From: a virus
Lineage: Duplodnaviria > Caudoviricetes
Reading direction: 5' to 3' (one strand)
Length of the DNA stretch: 27,750 nucleotides
Virus record (IMG/VR): IMGVR_UViG_3300037483_001813
Coordinates: 1-27,750 of that record
Position 1 is the first letter of the stretch; each line of letters opens with the position of its first letter. Made by a program: the position numbers and the translations under genes. Below the pieces are notes generated by a model. The model was not told the origin of the DNA. It did no database searches and was given only the letters and a program-made list of their open reading frames with translations. Below are positions 1 through 7,114 of the stretch, piece by piece.

Positions 1-786
1 TTTGTAAATTCGATGAGAGATTTGTTTCATGAGGATGTGACCAACGATTTTATTTTCGATGTTTTTGTCAGGATGTTTTTATCTCCACAACACACATTTA
101 TGATTCTTACTAAACGGCCAGATAAAATGGTTAAATGGTTTAATCATTGTTCAAATGGTGGTTTCTCGACACAAGAAATTATAAGAGGTCGGATTAATCA
201 ATTTCTTGGAAAACATCCCGCAGATAAAGTCCAGGGATTTCAATGGCCTCTTCCAAACGTGTGGCTGGGCGTCAGTGTGGAAGATCAGATATCGGCGGAT
301 CAACGGATCCCGGTATTATTGGAAACACCGGCGGCGGTTCGATTTGTGAGCTGTGAGCCATTGCTAGAATCGGTAAACTTGGATATAGGCGATTGCTGGG
401 TTTGCGGAGGATGCGGAGAAACTCCGGGACATCCTTTTCAGGTTGATGGCATGGATATTTGTTACAAATGCGGGGGGTCGGGGCGATCAGATTATAAGAT
501 CGATTGGGTGATCTGCGGTGGAGAGAGCGGACCAAATGCCAGACCGATGCATCCGGATTGGGCACGGTCGCTGAGGGATCAGTGTCAGCGTGAAGGTGTG
601 CCGTTTTTTTTCAAGCAATGGGGAGAATGGCTGTGGGTTCATCCAGAACGCAACTTATACCAATTTTCGTCGCCTGAACATAAAATTGCAAATATCGATG
701 GTCAACGGTTTTACAAAGTCGGTAAGAGGAAAGCTGGTCGTTTGTTGGATGGAATAGAGTGGAATGAATATCCGGAGGTGATGTGA
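1..786 (+). CDS. DUF5131 / phage Gp37-Gp68 family protein, 5'-truncated by the window edge
   Basis: The frame is open from base 1 (FVNSMRDLFH). Family motifs: ILTKRP, PNVWLGVSVEDQ, RFVSCEPLL, IDWVICGGESG, ARPMHPDWARSLRDQC, VPFFFKQWGEW, GRLLDG. Confidence 0.9.
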   Translation, partial: FVNSMRDLFHEDVTNDFIFDVFVRMFLSPQHTFMILTKRPDKMVKWFNHCSNGGFSTQEIIRGRINQFLGKHPADKVQGFQWPLPNVWLGVSVEDQISADQRIPVLLETPAAVRFVSCEPLLESVNLDIGDCWVCGGCGETPGHPFQVDGMDICYKCGGSGRSDYKIDWVICGGESGPNARPMHPDWARSLRDQCQREGVPFFFKQWGEWLWVHPERNLYQFSSPEHKIANIDGQRFYKVGKRKAGRLLDGIEWNEYPEVM

Positions 787-1157
787 TGGAATGGAAAGTT
801 AAGTTAAATAACAAGAGTATTTCTGTTGTAGATGAAAAAGGTCGTGTGATTTGTAACCTGGATTATCCGGGGTATGTTTCCAGTGATGTGGCTGATTTGG
901 CTGCGTTAATTTCGAGGGCGCCTGAGATTATTAAGATGGAGAAATTCCATCCACGGGCGGTTAAGTTGATGCAGAAATGTAAGCCGTTTGTGGTGGTGGC
1001 TGAGGATGAGGTTTATTTCCCGGCGGTGTACAGGATGATCCGGGAGGATGAGATCTGTAAGGGGCGCTGGACGATGGACGATCAGTGGGCGTTTGAGCAG
1101 GCGCTGGCAAAACACGAGCTGCGGGAACAGGATTGTGATGCCGCTGCCAGCCGGTGA
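783..1157 (+). CDS. Hypothetical phage protein (124 aa)
   Basis: Start overlaps the previous stop; GGAGG at about 773-777; fits the gene chain. Confidence 0.7.
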   Translation: MMEWKVKLNNKSISVVDEKGRVICNLDYPGYVSSDVADLAALISRAPEIIKMEKFHPRAVKLMQKCKPFVVVAEDEVYFPAVYRMIREDEICKGRWTMDDQWAFEQALAKHELREQDCDAAASR

Positions 1158-1650
1158 AGTTCTGGAGAATGAGCTGACCGCTTATGGCCTGCACCGTTTC
1201 CATGTTGCATCCGGGGAAGCGCTGGACAAGGCGGCCTGGATGGCGACCATCCCCTGGTACGCCAGGCAGCACGGCGACCCGGTTTTTGTGCGGGAATGGA
1301 GCGAGGATTTGCTGGGTATTTACCATCTGGAATTGTGCTGGAAGGCGCGGGACATGTTTGATGTCAATAAGAAGCTTGGTGGGCGCTATGAACCGGCGCT
1401 GTTATGGTGGATCGGGAAGGCTGCCAGGCTGAGGGATACGATCCCTGAGGCAATCGAGGCTTATCTGGGGTATTCCGGCCAGATCCCGGTTTATTTGTGG
1501 CTGCGCAGTAAAAACGGCGCGCCGGATGCATACCGGGATGAGGTCACGGATATCACGGTTGAGATTGTGACAGCAGACTGGGTGCCCGACAAATTTTTAT
1601 TATTATCGAGAGTACTGAGGAAAGGCGGAGAAATTGGACAAATTGGTTAA
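1138..1650 (+). CDS. Hypothetical phage protein
   Basis: ORF 1048-1650 in the track. ATG 1138, after AGGA, is the more likely start and minimises overlap with the upstream gene. Confidence 0.65.
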   Translation: MPLPAGEVLENELTAYGLHRFHVASGEALDKAAWMATIPWYARQHGDPVFVREWSEDLLGIYHLELCWKARDMFDVNKKLGGRYEPALLWWIGKAARLRDTIPEAIEAYLGYSGQIPVYLWLRSKNGAPDAYRDEVTDITVEIVTADWVPDKFLLLSRVLRKGGEIGQIG

Positions 1651-1807
1651 TCTGGTGAAGCAAGTTGATTTTGTGGATGGCAGGCTGGAAGTTGTAATGG
1701 ATATGAATGGTACGAATGTAAATTTATCCATGGCATTGCCGGTGGATGTGATGCGAAAGATTGCGGACCATACCGCCAGAACCGGCGATGTATCCGGACG
1801 AAAATGA
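1634..1807 (+). CDS. Small hypothetical protein (57 aa, MDKLVNLVKQVDFVDGRLEVV...), below the ORF-track cut-off
   Basis: Hand-translated. TTG start after purine-rich GAGGAAAGGCGGAG; overlaps the previous stop and fills the gap in the gene chain. Confidence 0.5.
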   Translation: MDKLVNLVKQVDFVDGRLEVVMDMNGTNVNLSMALPVDVMRKIADHTARTGDVSGRK

Positions 1808-1941
1808 TCTGGCCAATACCACTATTTTCAGCGATGGGATCCGAAATGGAGTTACCGGCAGATATCGCAATAATTGACGATGTCGGACCGACAGCTGACA
1901 CCGCCATTACCAGCGATGCAAGATCTACTGCAGTAATGTAA
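1804..1941 (+). CDS. Possible small hypothetical protein (45 aa, MIWPIPLFSAMG...)
   Basis: Hand-translated; ATGA start/stop overlap with 1634-1807. Confidence 0.3.
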   Translation: MIWPIPLFSAMGSEMELPADIAIIDDVGPTADTAITSDARSTAVM

Positions 1942-1969
1942 GAAATAACGTTCCTTCTGAGGAGTAAAT

Positions 1970-2236
1970 ATGAAAACAAATCTTAAGAATCTCTTTTCGA
2001 AAATAAAAATTGGTAAGCAAACAGCAACCTGGTTACAATTCAACGATGGGTCTCTGATAAACACGGGAAAAATTGAGTTCGTCAAGCTGATTGAAGAAAA
2101 TGGATCTTTCCGGGTACGGCTTTGTTTTACCGAGGAATATGGAGAATATGTTGAAGTCCATTGGGGAACAAAGAAATCGGCATCCGAAGTCTTTGAAAAA
2201 ATAGCGGATTTGCTGAACGCTCAGAAATTGTATTAA
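1970..2236 (+). CDS. Hypothetical protein (88 aa)
   Basis: Strong SD GAGGAG just upstream of the ATG; AT-rich ORF. Confidence 0.7.
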   Translation: MKTNLKNLFSKIKIGKQTATWLQFNDGSLINTGKIEFVKLIEENGSFRVRLCFTEEYGEYVEVHWGTKKSASEVFEKIADLLNAQKLY

Positions 2237-2266
2237 TAATTGTTATTACGTTGTGTTATCAACGTG

Positions 2267-2294
2267 TTGACAAATATGCAAAAACACATATAAT
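2267..2294 (+). promoter_or_regulatory. Sigma70-type promoter
   Basis: Perfect consensus TTGACA (2267-2272), 16-bp spacer, TATAAT (2289-2294) in an intergenic region. Confidence 0.8.
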
Positions 2295-2368
2295 CTTAAG
2301 TGAGCAACCAACTCCCCGGCGAATTTCTTTTTTAAAGAGCCGCAGCACAATTTCATACATCTTGTGAA

Positions 2369-2439
2369 CAAAGTCCCGTTATGGAAAAAGAATCGTCAGA
2401 GTTGGTTGCTCCGCGGTCACTGTCCATAACGGGACTTTG
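2369..2439 (+). ncRNA. Putative structured antisense/regulatory RNA (C4/CI-like architecture) in the 5' leader
   Basis: A perfect 17-bp inverted repeat (2369-2385 / 2423-2439) encloses GAGTTGGTTGCTCC (2399-2412). That segment is complementary to 2302-2314 (13/13) and to the RBS region 2454-2464 (11/11). Confidence 0.6.
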
Positions 2440-2464
2440 GATTTTATAGAAAAGGAGCAACCAA

Positions 2465-2773
2465 ATGAAAGACCAGATAGAAAATCAAGGAATGGCAAAA
2501 CCCAGGGAATACACACAATACCCGGCACCGTTCCTGGGAGCGCTGGCTGAATTAACCCAGCATTATTTATACGAGCGGCTAAAGAACGATGCGCTGGCAA
2601 CAAAACTGCTGGACTCTTCCATCCTGTTGGAGATGGCCTATCAGCAAAGCAAGTTTAATAATCCGGAAGACAGGGAAGGGATCCACAGAATCACGACGGA
2701 CATGGTATTGGAAGCGACCAATGTGATCATGGAAGCCGGTGGAACTTTTCCCGGATGGGAAAACAGATGGTAA
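2465..2773 (+). CDS. Hypothetical protein (102 aa) in an autonomous promoter-terminator unit
   Basis: SD AAGGAG at 2452-2457; own promoter upstream and terminator downstream. Confidence 0.8.
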   Translation: MKDQIENQGMAKPREYTQYPAPFLGALAELTQHYLYERLKNDALATKLLDSSILLEMAYQQSKFNNPEDREGIHRITTDMVLEATNVIMEAGGTFPGWENRW

Positions 2774-2790
2774 AAAGCAGGTAAGTAATT

Positions 2791-2820
2791 GCCCTGGAAT
2801 GAAGGTTCCGGGGCTTTTTT
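2791..2820 (+). terminator. Rho-independent terminator
   Basis: Stem GCCCTGGAA / TTCCGGGGC (9 bp, one G-U), 6-nt loop, followed by TTTTTT. Confidence 0.85.
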
Positions 2821-2843
2821 ATTTAACCTTAAAAAATTAATAG

Positions 2844-2872
2844 TTGCATTTTACCTTGAAAAATGTTATAAT
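2844..2872 (+). promoter_or_regulatory. Sigma70-type promoter upstream of the lysis/morphogenesis operon
   Basis: TTGCAT (2844-2849), 17-bp spacer, TATAAT (2867-2872) with an extended -10 TG at 2864-2865; AT-rich upstream sequence. Confidence 0.75.
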
Positions 2873-3075
2873 TCAGTTATTGAATATACAATATCTTGAA
2901 TAAATTATTCAATAAATATAAATTCAACAAATGAATATTGAACTTTCAACAATTTATAAAATCCCCGGTGTTAGGGGATATATGATGGCAGAGAGCGCTA
3001 AAAGGCCTGTTGGGAAACAGTAATGGAGGCGCTCTCCTGATTCAAACAAACAATGGTTAAACAGGAGGTTTTTTG

Positions 3076-3525
3076 ATGGATCTGACAATATTTTTCGAGG
3101 TAATTCTGGCGGTAGGCGGCAGCCTGGGTGTGATGTTGGGTATCATTTTTGTACTGGGTTTGCTGGTACAGACGGTGACTGAGTTCCTGTTCGGAAAAAT
3201 CGAAGGGATTCTGACGTCGATATTCCCCAAGCTGCTAATTATTTTCAGTAAAACCAGTTTCAGGACCGGACTGATTGCCTTGTTTTCGGTTGGTCTTGGA
3301 TTTTGGGCCGCATTTTTATATCAACTCGATCTGGTGTATCTGATCGGGGCGCTGTTTGCATCACTGACGGCTGTTGATCCTGTAATCCAGACAACCATAC
3401 TGGGATTATCGATCACCGCCGTCGTGATTGGCATGGGCGCCAGTTATATCAATGATCTGATTGTCAAACCATTACTGTCTCATTTCAAACCGAAGGTCGG
3501 TGATGGTCCAACTCATGCCGGATGA
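3076..3525 (+). CDS. Membrane protein, putative holin
   Basis: SD CAGGAGG; several long hydrophobic segments; lies two genes upstream of the endolysin. Confidence 0.65.
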   Translation: MDLTIFFEVILAVGGSLGVMLGIIFVLGLLVQTVTEFLFGKIEGILTSIFPKLLIIFSKTSFRTGLIALFSVGLGFWAAFLYQLDLVYLIGALFASLTAVDPVIQTTILGLSITAVVIGMGASYINDLIVKPLLSHFKPKVGDGPTHAG

Positions 3526-3871
3526 ACCAACCATGACAGGCGATGAGGTGACCGGGTTGCAAAAACAGATTGATGGATTGGGGGGCGTCGTTGAAAAAGG
3601 ATTTGCCGAGCTTAAAAATATGATGACCCGATTTGATGATCGGGTTCGTGGCGTTGAAAACAAGGAAGCTGCGTGCAGTCCGCTGATTAACCAACGGGTA
3701 AATAACCTGGAAAAAGATGTTAAGGAAAATGAAAACAAAATCAGCGCTTTGGCGGAAATTGTTCGGGGTTTACAGCTGACAAATAAAATACTGGGATGGT
3801 TGTTGGCCGTTACCACGACGACCGGAACAGCCCTGATTATTACGTTAATAACCAAGATAGTAGGTGAATGA
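3515..3871 (+). CDS. Coiled-coil protein with C-terminal transmembrane helix (XhlA-like / holin-associated lysis protein)
   Basis: Heptad-like region (RVNNLEKDVKENENKISALAE), then a hydrophobic C-terminus; directly upstream of the endolysin. Start uncertain (3503, 3515 or 3533). Confidence 0.6.
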   Translation: MPDEPTMTGDEVTGLQKQIDGLGGVVEKGFAELKNMMTRFDDRVRGVENKEAACSPLINQRVNNLEKDVKENENKISALAEIVRGLQLTNKILGWLLAVTTTTGTALIITLITKIVGE

Positions 3872-4911
3872 TGTTAAGTGGAAAAGGGATGTTTATCTGG
3901 ATGATCCGTTTTACGCTAAATGGCGATGTGAAAGCGATTGCGGACAGGCTGGAAGCGGCCGGGATGACTCATGTCTGGATCAAAGTGGCAGATGGTGCCG
4001 GTCGTTACAATATTAATCCCCAGGGCGTTGACCTTGTACCAGGTTTGATTGCAGAGCTGCGGATGCGCGGGATTGCATGCTGGGGCTGGCAGTATGTTTA
4101 CGGCAAATATCCGGATGCTGAGGCAGCGATGGCGATCCGTCGGATCCGGGAACTGGACCTGGACGGTTTTGTGGTTAATGCAGAAGTTGAATACAAGTCT
4201 GCCGGTGCCGCTGGAGCCCGGAAATATATGGGATTAGTACGCGGAGCATTCCCGAATTTATCGATCGGATTATCCTCCTATCGTTTCCCGTCGGTCCATC
4301 CGGAATTTCCGTTTGATGCTTTCCTGGAGTTGTGCGATTTTATCGCTCCACAGGTTTACTGGGTGGGTGCGCACAATGCCGGTGAACAGCTGAGACGCTG
4401 CTTAACCGAATACCGGACCCTGATTGACACCCAGCGACCGGTCTTCCCGACCGGATCAGCCTACAAGGAAAACGTAAAAATAGGCGGCGTATTTGTGAGC
4501 TGGCAGCCGAGCGAAGCCGAGGTTATCGAATTTATGGATACGGCAAAAGAACTGGGGCTGCCCGGTTTTAATTTCTGGGAGATGCGCAACACGTTGATGA
4601 ACCTGCCGCTGATCTGGAAGGCGATTGCGGAATGGGATGGGGCATTGAGCGATCCGGAAGAGCCGGAATATGTACCGGTCGAGGAAGTGGTCGGGATGTA
4701 TGGCGAAGTGGTTTCGGATTGGGTGAATGTACGCAACGGTCCATCGATCAACCATGCCGATATCGGTGACCTGGTCAAAGGCGAGCGGGTAAAAATTTAT
4801 GATGTCGACGGGTCGGACGTGTGGTGCCTGATTAACCTGGACCCGCCCAAATGGGTAGCCAAACGTTTCCTGGATAAGGTCTACGTACGGATACTCCCTC
4901 AGGAGGACTGA
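3868..4911 (+). CDS. Putative endolysin: TIM-barrel glycoside hydrolase (GH25-like) plus C-terminal SH3b cell-wall-binding domain
   Basis: N-terminal KGMFIW..VWIKVADG, GWQYVYG, VVNAEVE and APQVYW; acidic linker; VNVRNGPS..IGDL..GERV SH3b signature. Confidence 0.75.
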   Translation: MMLSGKGMFIWMIRFTLNGDVKAIADRLEAAGMTHVWIKVADGAGRYNINPQGVDLVPGLIAELRMRGIACWGWQYVYGKYPDAEAAMAIRRIRELDLDGFVVNAEVEYKSAGAAGARKYMGLVRGAFPNLSIGLSSYRFPSVHPEFPFDAFLELCDFIAPQVYWVGAHNAGEQLRRCLTEYRTLIDTQRPVFPTGSAYKENVKIGGVFVSWQPSEAEVIEFMDTAKELGLPGFNFWEMRNTLMNLPLIWKAIAEWDGALSDPEEPEYVPVEEVVGMYGEVVSDWVNVRNGPSINHADIGDLVKGERVKIYDVDGSDVWCLINLDPPKWVAKRFLDKVYVRILPQED

Positions 4912-5561
4912 TGGATAAACTGGACCTGGCACGACTAAAACAGATGTCGTTACCGGAAATTGAATTCGAGGAGGAAGAGAACGACTCGGGTTGGGTTTCC
5001 CCGGAAGAGGCTACACGTCGATCTAAGATCGCGTTCCATGCCTTGAATTTGCGTTTTGCCTCCACGAACGCAGAGACCGGTGACATCAATCTGGAACAGT
5101 GGATGGGCGAGTACCAGATGCTGATCGATGCCGGTTGGAGCTGGCGGGTAGCGGCTTTTATTGCCTGGTCGACGGTACCCAAGAATTTACGCTGGCCAAA
5201 AACCCAGGAAGGACTGGCGGTTGAGGTGCTGGGATTAACCAGCCCACGGCAGATCACGGTATGGCGGGAGAAAAACCCGCAGATCGACGACACCATCGCG
5301 ATGTTGAAATCGGCACCATTGGAAGCGCACCGGCAGGAGGTCTTCCGGGCGTTGATCCAGTCTGCCAAGCGGGCGGACTATAAACATCACCAGGACCGCA
5401 AGTTGTTTTTTGAGATGACCGGCGACCATATTCCACGTTCGAAGCTGGAAATCCGCAGGGAAATTAATCCTGAGGATTTAAGCACACTTTCGGACGAGCA
5501 ACTGGAAAAAATCATCCAGGAACAATCCTATCGCAGCGAAAAAGAACCAACCGATGATTGA
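4911..5561 (+). CDS. Putative terminase small subunit
   Basis: Directly upstream of and overlapping TerL; HTH-like LAVEVLGLTSPRQITVWREKNP; C-terminal DLSTLSDEQL motif typical of TerS. Confidence 0.7.
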   Translation: MDKLDLARLKQMSLPEIEFEEEENDSGWVSPEEATRRSKIAFHALNLRFASTNAETGDINLEQWMGEYQMLIDAGWSWRVAAFIAWSTVPKNLRWPKTQEGLAVEVLGLTSPRQITVWREKNPQIDDTIAMLKSAPLEAHRQEVFRALIQSAKRADYKHHQDRKLFFEMTGDHIPRSKLEIRREINPEDLSTLSDEQLEKIIQEQSYRSEKEPTDD

Positions 5562-7107
5562 AACTGTAACGATCCGGGCTGAGGATGCACTGGCTGAGCG
5601 TGCCAAACGGGAATTATCGCGGCGCAAGTTTATTGAATACTGCACGTATGTAGCTCCCTGGTACCAACGGGCGGAACATATTGACCTGGTGGCCGAATAT
5701 CTGGAGCAGGTTGAATTGTTTATCCGGTCAAAGGGCAAGAACGGCATCGGCCGGTTGATGATTTTGAAACCGCCACGGACCTCAAAAACGGAGGAGTGTG
5801 CAAAATTGTTTCCTTCCTGGTTATTGGGAAAACAGCCCGACAACCAGATTATTATTTCATCGTATGCCGCTGAACTGGCGCAGGAATCCAGCCGGGCAGT
5901 AAGGGATTACGTTGAAAGCGAACGGTATAAAGCTGTGTTTGGTGAACGGTCGATACTGGAAGCACCGGTGGGGTTATCGGATGACAGCCGGTCGGTTGGC
6001 AACTGGCATCTGGCCGCTCCACACCGCGGGGTAGTGCGTGCGGTGGGTGTTGGCGGTGGTGCGACCGGGTTTGGTGCTCATTTATTTGTACTGGATGACC
6101 CGTTCAAGAACCGGGATGAAGCCGATTCTGAACAGAACCGCAAACGAGTGATGAGCTGGTGGCGGTCTTCAGCATTAACCAGGCTGGAGGACGGCGGCGC
6201 AGTACTGATTATCCATACACGCTGGAACCCGGATGATGTGGCCGGTCAATTGATCCAGGCGATGGTCAGTGACGACCCGTTGGCAGACCAATACGTGATT
6301 TTGAACCTGCCTGCCATAGCCTATGCGGATGATGAATATCCGGAAACAGAAAGCCAACAACGGGAATTGATGCTGCGGGGCAGTTATATCCCTTTGGGTG
6401 GGGAAGGTGATCCGTTGGGCAGAAAAGCTGGTGAACCGATCTGGCCAAAGAAATTTACTGCCAAAGATTATGAACGCACCCGGGCAAATGTGGGTGAATT
6501 TGAGTGGGCCTCCCTTTACCAGCAGCAACCACGGCCAGCCAGCGGCGGTTTCTTCGATGAAGGTGATTTTGAGATTGTTGAACAGGGAACTGTCCCTGAG
6601 GGATTGCGCTGGTACCGTTATGTGGATGTGGCGCTGGGACGCAATAAACGCAGCGATTTCAACACCACGCTGGCAACCGGTCTGGATACCATCACCGGTG
6701 ATGTCTATTACCGGGATGGGATCAAGGTAAGGGAATTAAACAGTTTTATGGCACAAACCAGCGTGCGGATGCTGTCAGATCTGGAACTGGGTACGGAGTG
6801 GGGTTTCGAGGATGTCAGTTTCCAGTCGCTGGTGATGCAGGAATTTTTGAAGAGACCGGAACTGGCCGCCATTTTGATCCGGCCGGTGGTTCCGAAAGGC
6901 GATAAGGAACTGCGTGCCAGACTGTTACAAACCCGGGCTAAGAGCGGCAAGGTAAAACTGGTACGCGGTCCATGGGTACAGGATTTTATTAACCAGTGCC
7001 TTTTATTCCCCAAAGGACAGCATGATGACTGGATTGACAGCGCCTCAGGCGGATTGGAAATGGCTGCCAAGCCACGCTACACACGAATGACGAGCGTAAG
7101 AGCGTAG
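5554..7107 (+). CDS. terL: Terminase large subunit
   Basis: Walker A variant PPRTSKT, GVGGGATGFGAH, Walker B-like VLDDPFK, TRWNPDD, LYQQQP, and nuclease motifs YVDVA and FPKGQHDDWIDS. Confidence 0.93.
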   Translation: MIETVTIRAEDALAERAKRELSRRKFIEYCTYVAPWYQRAEHIDLVAEYLEQVELFIRSKGKNGIGRLMILKPPRTSKTEECAKLFPSWLLGKQPDNQIIISSYAAELAQESSRAVRDYVESERYKAVFGERSILEAPVGLSDDSRSVGNWHLAAPHRGVVRAVGVGGGATGFGAHLFVLDDPFKNRDEADSEQNRKRVMSWWRSSALTRLEDGGAVLIIHTRWNPDDVAGQLIQAMVSDDPLADQYVILNLPAIAYADDEYPETESQQRELMLRGSYIPLGGEGDPLGRKAGEPIWPKKFTAKDYERTRANVGEFEWASLYQQQPRPASGGFFDEGDFEIVEQGTVPEGLRWYRYVDVALGRNKRSDFNTTLATGLDTITGDVYYRDGIKVRELNSFMAQTSVRMLSDLELGTEWGFEDVSFQSLVMQEFLKRPELAAILIRPVVPKGDKELRARLLQTRAKSGKVKLVRGPWVQDFINQCLLFPKGQHDDWIDSASGGLEMAAKPRYTRMTSVRA

Positions 7108-7114
7108 AGGAATT

